DNA from: an uncultured delta proteobacterium
GTDB lineage: Bacteria; Myxococcota_A; Polyangia; Fen-1088
Assembly: GCA_963755125.1 (NCBI GenBank)
Contig: CAVWIP010000014.1
Location: forward strand, 32,001 to 96,000
Reading direction: 5' to 3'
DNA length: 64,000 nt
A program made the translations under genes and the position numbers. Positions 18,836 to 28,287 of this stretch are shown here, one piece after another (within the stretch, counting starts at the first letter, position 1; the number at the start of each line of letters is the position of its first letter). Under the pieces are notes generated by a model. That model was not told where the DNA came from and ran no database searches. It saw only the letters and a program-made list of their open reading frames with translations.

Positions 18836-21232
18836 ATGGTGCAGTTGGTGATCGCTGAAAAACCCTCAGTTGCGCGCGATCTCGCCCGCGTGCTGGGGGT
18901 GCGGCCGACGGGCAAGCATTGCTTCGATGGCAAGGAGCGCGTGATCACATGGTGCGTGGGCCATCTGGTCGAACTCGACGAGCCAGCCAGCTACGACGGG
19001 CGCTGGAAGGCCTGGCGCCTGGACACGCTGCCCATGATCCCGTCGGAGTTCAAGCTGCGGCCGGTGCCGAGCACGCGCGAGCAACTGCACGAGGTGTGCC
19101 GGCTGCTAGGCGACAAGCGCTTTTCCGAGGTGGTCAACGCTTGCGACGCCGGTCGCGAGGGCGAGCTCATCTTTCGCTACGTGTACCAGTTGGCCGGCTG
19201 CCGACTGCCCATCCGGCGGCTGTGGATTTCCTCGCTGACCGACGAGGCTATTCGCCAGGGTTTCGCGACCCTGAAGCCTGGGTCGGAGTTGGAGAAGCTG
19301 GCGGACGCCGCACGCTGCCGGTCGGAGGCGGACTGGCTGGTGGGCCTGAACGCTACGCGCGCGGTGACGGTCCGCCAGCGCACCGGCCCGGATTCCATGT
19401 TGTACTCCATCGGCCGCGTGCAGACGCCGACGCTCGCGATTCTGGTGGAACGCGAAAAGGCCATCCAGAGCTTCGTGCCCCACGACTACTGGCAACTGAA
19501 GGCCGATCTGACCACGAGCGAGGGCGCGCGTTTCCCGGCGACCTGGTCGGTGGACAAGGCCAACCGCTTCGCCAGCACGACCGTGGCCAGCGAAGTGCGT
19601 GACCGTTGCCGTGCACACGGCGCAGCCGGCGATGCCGAGGGCCCGGTGGTGGAGAGCCTGAAGCAGAGCAAGACGCGCGAGCCACCGCCGCTGCTCTTCG
19701 ATCTGACGTCGTTGCAGCGGACTGCCAACAAGCGCTTCGGCCTTTCGGCGCAGGCCACCCTGGATGCGGCGCAGGCTCTGTACGAACGGCACAAGATCCT
19801 GACCTATCCGCGCACCGATTCGCGCCACCTGTCGAGCGACATGGCGGCTACCTTGCCGAAGATCTTTGCCGGCCTGGCCGAGTTGAACGAATACGCGCCC
19901 TTCGCGCAGACGCTGTTGGCCGATCAGCCGCGGCCCAGCAAGCGATTCTTCGACGACAGCAAGATCCAGGACCACCACGCCATCGTGCCCACGGGCAAGT
20001 CAGCCAGGCTGGAGGCCCTGGAGCGCAACGAGCGCCGAGTCTTCGACTTGGTGGTGCGGCGATTTTTCGGGGCTTTCTATCCCGACGCCGAGTTCGCCCA
20101 GACCGAGGTGGTGGTGAGAGTGGGGCAGGGGAATGAACCTGCGATTCTTGCAAACGACAAACGCGACGACAAGTCCGGCACTGCGAGTGGGGAGGAGGTG
20201 CCGCTGCTCACGGTTGCGCCCCCGCTGCCCGACCGCTTTTTGGCACGGGGGAAGATTCGCCTGGTGGCTGGGTGGCAGGAGGTGGCTGGCTTTGGTGGAG
20301 AAGACGCGGAGGACAAGGCAGGCGCGAAAAGGGGCAAGAAGAAGGAGGGCGACGAGGACGAGCCAGCCGTGCTGCCACCCCTGGCCGAGGGCCAGCGGCT
20401 GGATGGCAACTTCGAGACGCTGGCCAAGAAGACCAAGCCGCCCGCGCGGCACAGCGAGGCGACTCTGCTGTCGGCCATGGAAAACGCGGGCAAGACCATT
20501 GGGCGGCCGGAGGCAGGCTCTGCCGGCCCCAGTTCCTCGCGCGACGGCATGGAAGACCTGCGGGGATTCTCGGAGACGCTGGACGACGGGGAACTGAGAG
20601 CGGCGATGAAGGACAGTGGTCTGGGCACGCCGGCCACGCGTGCAGCCACCATCGAGACTCTGCTCAAGCGCGGCTTCGTGGCCCGCGAAGGCAGGCATCT
20701 GGCCGCCACGCCGGTGGGCATCGCGCTCATCGACGGGCTGCCGGTGCCCAGCCTGGCCTCGCCCGAGCTGACCGGAACCTGGGAGGCGCGCCTGGCCCGC
20801 ATGGCGCGCGGCGAGGACAAGCGCGACACCTTCATGGCCGACATCGGCCGCTACGTGCACGAGGTGGTCGACGCCATCCGCACCGCCTCTCCCATGCGTG
20901 CCGTGCCACCGCCGGCCGCGAGCGCAAGCAAGGGAAAGAAATGGGTGCGAGGCCGTGGCGCGGGGCGAGGCCGCAGGTCTGCGGCCGTCAAAGGGCACTC
21001 TCCGGCGGTCGACACGACTCGTCCCGCGCCTGCGAGCAAGGCCGACGCGCCCCAAGCCGATAGCGTCGGCGATCTCCTCTGTCCGCGCTGCCGGATCGGG
21101 CATCTGATGACGGGCAAGCGCGGGTGGGGCTGCTCGCGTTGGCGAGAAGGATGCGATTTCGTCGTCTGGTTCGAAGAGAGCGGCGTCAGGCGCAGCGAGG
21201 CCGACCTGCGCGCGCTGGTGTCCAAATCGTAG
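18836..21232 (+). CDS. topB: DNA topoisomerase III
   Basis: IAEKPSVA, DAGREGE, GRVQTPTL, LTYPRTDS, GLGTPATRA, C-terminal Zn ribbon. Confidence 0.93.
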   Translation: MVQLVIAEKPSVARDLARVLGVRPTGKHCFDGKERVITWCVGHLVELDEPASYDGRWKAWRLDTLPMIPSEFKLRPVPSTREQLHEVCRLLGDKRFSEVVNACDAGREGELIFRYVYQLAGCRLPIRRLWISSLTDEAIRQGFATLKPGSELEKLADAARCRSEADWLVGLNATRAVTVRQRTGPDSMLYSIGRVQTPTLAILVEREKAIQSFVPHDYWQLKADLTTSEGARFPATWSVDKANRFASTTVASEVRDRCRAHGAAGDAEGPVVESLKQSKTREPPPLLFDLTSLQRTANKRFGLSAQATLDAAQALYERHKILTYPRTDSRHLSSDMAATLPKIFAGLAELNEYAPFAQTLLADQPRPSKRFFDDSKIQDHHAIVPTGKSARLEALERNERRVFDLVVRRFFGAFYPDAEFAQTEVVVRVGQGNEPAILANDKRDDKSGTASGEEVPLLTVAPPLPDRFLARGKIRLVAGWQEVAGFGGEDAEDKAGAKRGKKKEGDEDEPAVLPPLAEGQRLDGNFETLAKKTKPPARHSEATLLSAMENAGKTIGRPEAGSAGPSSSRDGMEDLRGFSETLDDGELRAAMKDSGLGTPATRAATIETLLKRGFVAREGRHLAATPVGIALIDGLPVPSLASPELTGTWEARLARMARGEDKRDTFMADIGRYVHEVVDAIRTASPMRAVPPPAASASKGKKWVRGRGAGRGRRSAAVKGHSPAVDTTRPAPASKADAPQADSVGDLLCPRCRIGHLMTGKRGWGCSRWREGCDFVVWFEESGVRRSEADLRALVSKS
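20498..20578. repeat. 81-bp palindromic REP-like unit, in frame within topB
   Basis: GGCCGG(A)GGCAG/CTGCCGGCC hairpin; 37/56 ungapped identity (hand count) to 25616-25671. Confidence 0.6.
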
Positions 21233-21234
21233 CG

Positions 21235-21927
21235 CTACGTGATCGTCTCCAGCGCCTCGACACCCGGCAGATCAGCCAACTGAGCAAGTACGCAGCGGTG
21301 GTCGTGGTGCAGGCCGCAGTATTCGATGCTGATTTCGCGCAGGCCCTCTGGCCGTTCCTTATCGTCGCCGATGGCGATGTGCCCCTTGGCGTCGTCGAGC
21401 AAGGCTGTCAAGCGCGCGCGCGTCTTGCCCTGCGCGGGCTGGTACACGACCAAGACCCGACGCACCTGGCACGTGCCATTGAGCAAGATTTCCAGATGGC
21501 GGACCCAGCCGAGGGTAATCAGCACGGCTGCAGAAAGAACCACGCCCGCGGACGCGTAGCCAGCGCCCACCACGATGCCGATGCCTGAGCAGGCCCAGAT
21601 GGTGGCCGCCGTGGTCAGGCCGGAGATGTGGTGGCGGTCGCGCAGGATGGACCCCGCGCCCAGAAAACCGACGCCAGTCACAATCTGGGCGGCGATGCGT
21701 GCCGGTTCGTGGCCGCCCAGGGCTGGGCTGGCGGACACCAAGGTGAAGATGGTCGACCCGACACAGATCAGGATGAGCGTGCGCAAGCCGGCGGGTTTGT
21801 GTTCCTTTTCCCGTTCAAAGCCCACCAGGGCGCCGCAGAGAAAGGCTGTCGCGACCAGCACGAACTCGCAGTAGGGCGACGGCACCAGTTGCCGAAGATC
21901 GCCGAAAATCACCTGGACAAGGTCCAC
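21235..21927 (-). CDS. MgtC/SapB family membrane protein
   Basis: GFERE, AGLRT, RIAAQIVTGVGFLGAG, GLTTAATIW. Confidence 0.92.
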   Translation of the reverse strand: MDLVQVIFGDLRQLVPSPYCEFVLVATAFLCGALVGFEREKEHKPAGLRTLILICVGSTIFTLVSASPALGGHEPARIAAQIVTGVGFLGAGSILRDRHHISGLTTAATIWACSGIGIVVGAGYASAGVVLSAAVLITLGWVRHLEILLNGTCQVRRVLVVYQPAQGKTRARLTALLDDAKGHIAIGDDKERPEGLREISIEYCGLHHDHRCVLAQLADLPGVEALETIT

Positions 21928-21958
21928 GTCCTTACATTAGGGACGGCGGGGCCAGCAA

Positions 21959-22462
21959 TCAAGTTCTTGCCAGCACGGCCGCCAGCGCTTGACCTCGCGG
22001 TCCTGTCGGGTGCAGGTCGAGCCTGCGGCCGCCGGAGTCTTGCACGGCGATCGTGATTTGCAGGTGGTCGGCCGGCAAGACGTCGGGAAAGCGGTCGGCC
22101 CACTCGATGGCCGTGGCCGCGCGATCGTAGGCTTCTTCGATGCCAAGTTCGGGCAGCTCTGCATGCGTGCGCAGGCGGTAGAAATCGACGTGCACGAACG
22201 ATGTCCGGCCGGGGTGCTCGTTGACCAGGGCAAAGCTCGGGCTCGCCACATGGCGGTGAGGAGCCACGCCAAGTCCCTGCGCCAGCCCTTGGGCGAAGGT
22301 GGTCTTTCCAGCGCCCAAGGGGCCGATGAGCGCTACCACGTCGCCCACACCCATCGCCTGCCCGAGGCGTACACCCAGACGCCGCATGTCCTCGGCGTCG
22401 TTCGCCATGACGACTTGCGCCGCCGACGGGCGGCAATTCTGTTCCGGGTCTGCGTCGGTCAT
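21959..22462 (-). CDS. tsaE: tRNA t6A biosynthesis ATPase
   Basis: GPLGAGKT, SPSFALVNE, HVDFYRL, IEW. Confidence 0.92.
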   Translation of the reverse strand: MTDADPEQNCRPSAAQVVMANDAEDMRRLGVRLGQAMGVGDVVALIGPLGAGKTTFAQGLAQGLGVAPHRHVASPSFALVNEHPGRTSFVHVDFYRLRTHAELPELGIEEAYDRAATAIEWADRFPDVLPADHLQITIAVQDSGGRRLDLHPTGPRGQALAAVLART

Positions 22463-23304
22463 CAACGCTTTTTGATCAACTGACGGTATAGCAGCAGGTG
22501 GCGTACTGCCAAGTCCGGCTTGCCGTTCTGTTCCAGCAGGCGGGCCAGATTGTAGTGGGCGTCGGGGTTGCGTGGATCGCATTCCAGCGCGCGCCGGTAG
22601 GCGGCAACGGCGTCGACGGTGGCACCCAGATCCTCCAGCGCCACGCCGACGTTGAAGGCCGCGGTCGCATCGCCCGGGCGCAGCGAGAGAGCAGCCCGAT
22701 AGTGCACCAAGGCCGCGTACACATCGCCCATTTCGTGCAGCAGGCGGCCCAGGTTCACATGCGCATCGGCAAACTCGGGTTCCAGTTCTAGCGATGCCCG
22801 GTAGGCATCGCGGGCTTCATCGGGTGACGTGGCTTCCAGCAAGCAGCCGCGCTGGTACAGGTCGCGCGCGGTGAGCGGCGGCTCTTGCTGCGGGGCGGGA
22901 GCCGTGGCGGCGCGCGCAGTCTCCAGCGAGGTGACCGTGGCGCCGCCGTCGTCGGGCGACACGCCTTGAAAATCGAACACGGTCTGGCCCGATTCCGGGT
23001 GCCAGCGGCGATGACCATCGTCCGCGATCACGCGCTGGCCTTCCCCGGACAGTGTGACCCGATGGACCGAGATGCCGGCCGGCAGGCTGTCGCGTATCCT
23101 CCTGATGGCGTCGCGCACGCGGCGAGCCGGGATGCGTTGCTCGACCAGTCCTTCGGCCTTGCGCAGAAGAACCAGATCCTCGAATGAGAATCGCATCTCG
23201 CCTTTCTGGTTGCGAGTCGGAGTGACGACGCCGGCACGCAGGTACGAGCGCAGACGCGCCACGCTCATGCCGAGAACGACTGCCACCGCCCGAGGCGAAT
23301 ACAT
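22462..23304 (-). CDS. MerR-like HTH + tetratricopeptide repeat protein
   Basis: N-term FSFEDLVLLR; TPRs DAHVNLGRLL, AAFNVGVAL, DAHYNLARL. Confidence 0.85.
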   Translation of the reverse strand: MYSPRAVAVVLGMSVARLRSYLRAGVVTPTRNQKGEMRFSFEDLVLLRKAEGLVEQRIPARRVRDAIRRIRDSLPAGISVHRVTLSGEGQRVIADDGHRRWHPESGQTVFDFQGVSPDDGGATVTSLETARAATAPAPQQEPPLTARDLYQRGCLLEATSPDEARDAYRASLELEPEFADAHVNLGRLLHEMGDVYAALVHYRAALSLRPGDATAAFNVGVALEDLGATVDAVAAYRRALECDPRNPDAHYNLARLLEQNGKPDLAVRHLLLYRQLIKKR

Positions 23305-23570
23305 CTCAGATTTTACTATACAACGCTTGTCGTGTTGCGGGTTGCGTACGCCTACTGCGCCCTACGATGTCCCACATCCGCGCAGCAAGCTTGAAAAGGT
23401 GTCGGCTGCCGTCAGATAATGCCGGCTCGGATCGCTCCATGACCAACGGATCAGCTTCAGTCTCCGGACGAGCGCGGCGCAATCGCGGATTGTGCTCGGG
23501 TATTCGCTCGTCTTGCACGTACGCGGGCGTGCTGGGCTCGACGGCCAGGTTGTAAAAATCGGGTAGGGCG

Positions 23571-25583
23571 ATGGCGTGTATTCTCGTGTTGATCGACGAC
23601 AGTGACAACCGCGCTGCGATCGAGGACGCGGTGAAGTCACTGAGCACGCACAAGCTTGTGGAGGCCTCCGACGGCGCTGCGGCCTTGCGCTTGCTTGAAA
23701 AGGGCGGCGTGGATCTGGTGCTCGCGCGCACCCATGGGCGCGAGATGGACGCGTTCGAGCTGTGTCGGCGGATTCGTGCCAACGACAAGATAGCGACAGT
23801 ACCGGTCGTCCTTCTGGCGACCGCGCAGAGCCCGGTGGAAAACCGCCTGCGTGGCCTCGACCTGGGCGCGGCGGACTTCATCGTGCAGCCCATCGAGCCG
23901 CTGGAACTGCTCGCGCGCTTGGGATCAGTCCTGCGCTCGAAGGCGCTGGCTGATGAGGTTCGTCGCCACAACATCGAACTGGCGGGCAAGGTGGTGGAAC
24001 GTACCCGCCAACTGGAGGAACTGGCGGGAGAGTTACGCGCCGAGCGCGACGCCCTTCGTGAGACCTTCAACGTCATCGAGGATGGACTCTTGCTGCTCGA
24101 TGCCTCTGGCCGCGTGCAGATCGAGAACAACGCCCTCTGTCGCATGCGGAGCGAGCCCGAGTCAACTCGCCTGCCCTCGGGCGAACGACTGTTTTCCGGA
24201 AACCCCGTCGAGTCGGGGGCCGACCCGTCCATGCGCGAGATGCTGGCCATGCTGGCCCGCGAGGCCGCCGCCCAAAAAGCAACCCAGGACGGGACTTTCT
24301 CCCTACGCGGGCGCCAGTTCCAGGCGCGCGCCTATCCTGCGGCGGGGCGGCGGATTCTGCTCTACGTGCGCGACGTGACCGAAGACCGCGACCGCGAGGT
24401 GAGGCGCCTGCAGTCGGAGAAGCTGGCCTCCATCGGCATGCTGGCCGCCGGGGTGGCTCATGAGATCAACAACCCGGCCTCGTTCGTCTTGGCCAACCTG
24501 GAGGCCCTGGCCGAACTGCTGCAGGCGTCCGACGACAAGCCGAAGGCGGACCCCACGACTGCGCCCAAGCTGGCGTCCAGCGAGGTTCGGTTCGAAGCCA
24601 TGAACATCGTGCAGGAGTCGAAGGAGGGCATGGCACGCATCCATCGCATCGTGCGTGACTTACACGCCTTCTCGCGCGTGGACGAGGACGCCAACCTGCT
24701 GACCGATGTGAACGCTGCGGTGGACTCATCGCTGACCATGTTGCGTAGCGAGCTCCGCTACCGGGCACAGGTGGAAAGGGATCTGCGTGCGACCCGACGC
24801 GTGCGCGCCAGCGCTGCCCGGCTGGGGCAGGTGTTTCTTAACCTGATCATGAATGCCGCGCATGCCCTGGCCGCAGGGAATTCCAAGCGCAACCGGCTCT
24901 ATGTGCGCAGCTACGACGACGGAGACGCCGTCGCGATCGAGGTGGAAGACAATGGGCCGGGCATTCCGACCGAGGTCATGCCGCGCATCTTTGAATCGTT
25001 CTTCACCACCAAGCCGCCCGGCGTGGGCACGGGGCTGGGGCTACCCATCTCGCGCGACATCGTGTGCGCGGCGGGGGGAGAGTTGACCGCGGAGAGCGTG
25101 CCGGGCCGCGGGGCCCTGTTTCGTGTGCGCCTGCCGGCGGCTGGCGCGGGCGTGGTTGTGGCGCCCAAGACCTTGCCCTCGCACAAGGCCGTGCAGCGCC
25201 GGCGCTTGCTGGCGGTCGACGACGAAGCCCTGCTGCTCAAGGCGTACCGCCGCATGTTGCTCAGTCACCACGACGTGGAAACCATGCTGGGAGCCAAGGA
25301 GGCGCTGCGCTTGTTCGGCCAGGATCGCGCCTTCGACGTGGTGTTGTGCGACTTGCAGATGCCCGAGATGTCGGGCTCAGAGCTGTACGAGACGGTCAGG
25401 CAGCGCTGGCCCGAGCTGGCCCAGCGATTCATCTTCATCACCGGTGGTGCCTGCTCGCAGGAGGCGCGGCGATTTCTGGAGAGCCCAGGCCTGGCCTTCA
25501 TTCACAAGCCGTTCCAGGTGGGCGAGTTGCTGGAACTGATCGAGTCGCACGCGGCCGGATACGGCGTGGCCGCGCACCCGTGA
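23571..25583 (+). CDS. Hybrid sensor histidine kinase (REC-PAS-like-HisKA-HATPase-REC)
   Basis: GVAHEINNP, QVFLNL, DNGPG, FFTTK, GTGLGL; C-term VLCDLQMP; N-terminal REC appears to lack the phospho-Asp (DLVLAR). Confidence 0.92.
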   Translation: MACILVLIDDSDNRAAIEDAVKSLSTHKLVEASDGAAALRLLEKGGVDLVLARTHGREMDAFELCRRIRANDKIATVPVVLLATAQSPVENRLRGLDLGAADFIVQPIEPLELLARLGSVLRSKALADEVRRHNIELAGKVVERTRQLEELAGELRAERDALRETFNVIEDGLLLLDASGRVQIENNALCRMRSEPESTRLPSGERLFSGNPVESGADPSMREMLAMLAREAAAQKATQDGTFSLRGRQFQARAYPAAGRRILLYVRDVTEDRDREVRRLQSEKLASIGMLAAGVAHEINNPASFVLANLEALAELLQASDDKPKADPTTAPKLASSEVRFEAMNIVQESKEGMARIHRIVRDLHAFSRVDEDANLLTDVNAAVDSSLTMLRSELRYRAQVERDLRATRRVRASAARLGQVFLNLIMNAAHALAAGNSKRNRLYVRSYDDGDAVAIEVEDNGPGIPTEVMPRIFESFFTTKPPGVGTGLGLPISRDIVCAAGGELTAESVPGRGALFRVRLPAAGAGVVVAPKTLPSHKAVQRRRLLAVDDEALLLKAYRRMLLSHHDVETMLGAKEALRLFGQDRAFDVVLCDLQMPEMSGSELYETVRQRWPELAQRFIFITGGACSQEARRFLESPGLAFIHKPFQVGELLELIESHAAGYGVAAHP

Positions 25584-25600
25584 CGGCGCTTCACAGATCG

Positions 25601-25673
25601 CATAGGGAGCCCGCCGGCTTTGCCGGCGGCGTACCGTCGCGGGAGGGTATGGGAACCCTTTGAGGGTTCCCAT
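25601..25673. repeat. Double-hairpin REP-like element between convergent genes (may act as terminator)
   Basis: CCGCCGGC-TTT-GCCGGCGG and ATGGGAACCCT-TTG-AGGGTTCCCAT perfect stems. Confidence 0.7.
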
Positions 25674-25903
25674 CAAAGATTAATGTCGCCGCCGGGGTCG
25701 CTTCCACCCAGGCGCTTGCGCACAGCCGCGCTGTCGTTGGGCGGAGCGGGTGTCAGCGCCACCGAGATGCGCAACCACTGGCCCTCGCGCGCTTCGGCGG
25801 GCAACAGGCCGCGCGGCAGATGGAACACCTGTTCGCCCAGGACCAGACGCGCAACCAGATCCTCCACTTCGTCGATGAAAACCATATTTTCCGTGGCTGT
25901 CAT
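25673..25903 (-). CDS. DUF3006 family protein
   Basis: FIDEVEDLVARL..LPRGLLPAEAREGQWL; downstream of ComEC-like gene with overlap. Confidence 0.78.
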   Translation of the reverse strand: MTATENMVFIDEVEDLVARLVLGEQVFHLPRGLLPAEAREGQWLRISVALTPAPPNDSAAVRKRLGGSDPGGDINL

Positions 25904-26823
25904 GGCACCTGAAAAGCCTCCCTCCGTCCGTGCACAAGTACTTCGATCTTGCCACCATCGGTCTCGATGGTTACGGGACCATCGACGTCGGTGCGGAACA
26001 CGCGCGCGCCCATGCGCGCAAGGCGCGCCAGCGTCTGCGGATCGGGGTGGTGGTATTCGTTGCCCGCGCCGACACTCACCACCGCGACCAGAGGACTCAC
26101 GGCCTGCAGAAACTTGGGCGTCGACGAGTAGCGGCTGCCGTGGTGGGCCACCTTGAGAACTGCGGCGCGGAGGTTGGCCTGGCTGTCGAGAAGCCATCGC
26201 TCCGTCTGCGCCTCTGCATCGGCCGCGAACAGAACCCCGACTTTGCCGAAGTCGACGCGTGACACCACGCTGTTGGCGTTCACGTCCGAGCGCGTGTCGG
26301 TGAGGGGCGGCGCGGGTGGGCCCAGCAGGGTCAGCCGCGCGTCCCCGCCCAGGTCTATGGTGCGCCCGCGTTCCGCCTGACGAACCGGAACGCGCTGCCT
26401 GTCGAGCAGGGCCAGCAGTCGGCCGTATTCCTGGATCTCGTGTGGATAGGGCGCGTCCAGGAACATGCGCGTGCCGTGTTTGTCGACCACCGCGCGCAGG
26501 CCACCCAGGTGATCCGCATGGCGGTGAGTGAGAAACACCAGGTCCAGCATCGCGATCCCGTGCCCATCCAGAAACGCGACCACAGTGTTCCCTGCTTCCG
26601 GCAGGCCACCGTCGATGAGCACCGTCTTGCCAGCGGGCGACGTGATCAGCGCGGCATCGCCCTGGCCCACGTCCATGAAATCCACGCGCAGTCGTCCGGT
26701 CGGTCTTGGCCCTTGGGCAGCCGCGCCCCGACACCCCGCCAGCCATGCCAGCACCAGCCAACTCGCCAGCGCCAGCCACGGCTGGCGGCTGATCCCGATC
26801 CGTAGTCGGCCATGGCTGGACAC
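25900..26823 (-). CDS. ComEC/Rec2-type MBL-fold metallo-hydrolase lipoprotein
   Basis: DVGQGDA, THRHADHLGG, NANSVV, LKVAHHGS, HHP, FRTD. Confidence 0.92.
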   Translation of the reverse strand: MSSHGRLRIGISRQPWLALASWLVLAWLAGCRGAAAQGPRPTGRLRVDFMDVGQGDAALITSPAGKTVLIDGGLPEAGNTVVAFLDGHGIAMLDLVFLTHRHADHLGGLRAVVDKHGTRMFLDAPYPHEIQEYGRLLALLDRQRVPVRQAERGRTIDLGGDARLTLLGPPAPPLTDTRSDVNANSVVSRVDFGKVGVLFAADAEAQTERWLLDSQANLRAAVLKVAHHGSRYSSTPKFLQAVSPLVAVVSVGAGNEYHHPDPQTLARLARMGARVFRTDVDGPVTIETDGGKIEVLVHGRREAFQVP

Positions 26824-27052
26824 CGGTACAGGCTAACCCCGCGGCGATGACGCAGGCAAAAAATGGGATGACAGGCATGCCTTGCTTTTCGGACGGCCCG
26901 CGGAAAAGGTGTGCGCTGCTGGGAGATTTGGGACGCCGACGTGGGCCGCGTGCGTTTGACCAGCCGAGCGTTGCAGCGAGCTCAGCGCGGGGCGAAAAGC
27001 ACCCAGGACCCTTCCCACTCTCATACCCTTTTCGGGTAATGTCGGTATCCAA

Positions 27053-28270
27053 ATGTTATCTCCGCGTAACTGGCTCTTCGCAGCCGTGCTGGCGAGCGCG
27101 GGACTTTCGTGTTTGGTTGACCCCTCGGGACTCGATACGCCACAGGTTTCACCGGTAGGCGGTCAGACGACCACGACAACATTGGCCAGTGGCGGGCAAG
27201 CCGGCAGTTTGGGGACGGCCAGCGGGGGACAGGCGGGAACGTGGGCGACATCTCTGGGTGGAAGCAGCGCGAGCGGCGGAAGCGGTGGCGGTTCGGACAG
27301 CAGCAGCGGAGGAGGGCAGGCTGGCAGCGCAGCGACCGGCGGAAGCGGTGGCGGTTCGGACGGCGGTGGGGGCGGAGGGCAAGCTGGCAGCGCAGCGAGC
27401 GGCGGAAGCGGTGGCGGTTCGGACAGCAGCAGCGGAGGAGGGCAGGCTGGCAGCGCAGCGAGCGGCGGAAGCGGTGGCGGTTCGGACAGCAGCAGCGGAG
27501 GAGGGCAAGCTGGCAGCGCAGCGAGCGGCGGCAGCGGTGGCGGTTCGGAAAGCAGCGGAGGAGGAGGAGGGCAAGCTGGCGGCGCAGCGAGCAGCGGCGG
27601 CGCAACCGGTGGTTCAGGGGGCACGGCCGTCAGCAGCAGCGGCGGAACGGTCGCCAGCAGCGCCACCGCGCCGACGGATGCCGATCGCTGTGCGCAGAAT
27701 GGTGGAACCTATGCCGACGGCACATGCGCCATCGATTGCAGCGCTGTCGGCGCCTGCGGATCCGTGGTCACTTGCCCATCCCTCATCTCGTGCCAGATTA
27801 CCTGCGGGCAAGATGGATGTGCAGGGGGGGTGGATTGCAGCAAGGCAGCCGGTTGCGACGTCGCGTGCACAGAATCCGGGTCGTGCGCGGGCTCGATCAA
27901 CTGCGCGGGCACTTCGTGTGCGGTGAACTGCGGCGGAAACAGTGCCTGCAGCAGCGGGGTGTCCAGCGTCGCGGCCAAGTCCCAGATCACCTGTGGCGGC
28001 GACGGCGCCTGCGCCTCTGATGTGGTTTGTTCGGGCGACTTGTGCGCATTGACCTGCTCGGGGTACGGATCTTGCGCGGGCGCGGTGAAGATGTACGCGA
28101 GCACGGCAAGCGCCAGTTGCACGGGCCCGACGTCGTGCCAGGGGGCCGTGGCCTGCGCCGCCTCAAATTGTCAGATCGGCTGCACAGGCTCACAAAGCTG
28201 CCCGAGCGGCGTCTGTTGTTCGGCTGGAACCTGCGCGCTTCAGCCCGCCACGCTCACGTGCGGGCAGTAG
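27053..28270 (+). CDS. Lipoprotein with Gly/Ser repeat stalk and Cys-rich repeat domain
   Basis: Lipobox LSC; C-x5-C periodic repeats. Confidence 0.75.
   Translation: MLSPRNWLFAAVLASAGLSCLVDPSGLDTPQVSPVGGQTTTTTLASGGQAGSLGTASGGQAGTWATSLGGSSASGGSGGGSDSSSGGGQAGSAATGGSGGGSDGGGGGGQAGSAASGGSGGGSDSSSGGGQAGSAASGGSGGGSDSSSGGGQAGSAASGGSGGGSESSGGGGGQAGGAASSGGATGGSGGTAVSSSGGTVASSATAPTDADRCAQNGGTYADGTCAIDCSAVGACGSVVTCPSLISCQITCGQDGCAGGVDCSKAAGCDVACTESGSCAGSINCAGTSCAVNCGGNSACSSGVSSVAAKSQITCGGDGACASDVVCSGDLCALTCSGYGSCAGAVKMYASTASASCTGPTSCQGAVACAASNCQIGCTGSQSCPSGVCCSAGTCALQPATLTCGQ
27271..27600. repeat. 60-bp tandem repeat (~5 copies) encoding SGGSGGGSDSSSGGGQAGSAA
   Basis: Read directly. Confidence 0.9.
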
Positions 28271-28287
28271 CCTCTCATAGCGGCCCC

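Noticed and set aside
25904..27052. 459-aa ORF 25673-27052
   Set aside because: Only the last 76 aa (DUF3006) look real; the rest overlaps the ComEC-like gene out of frame
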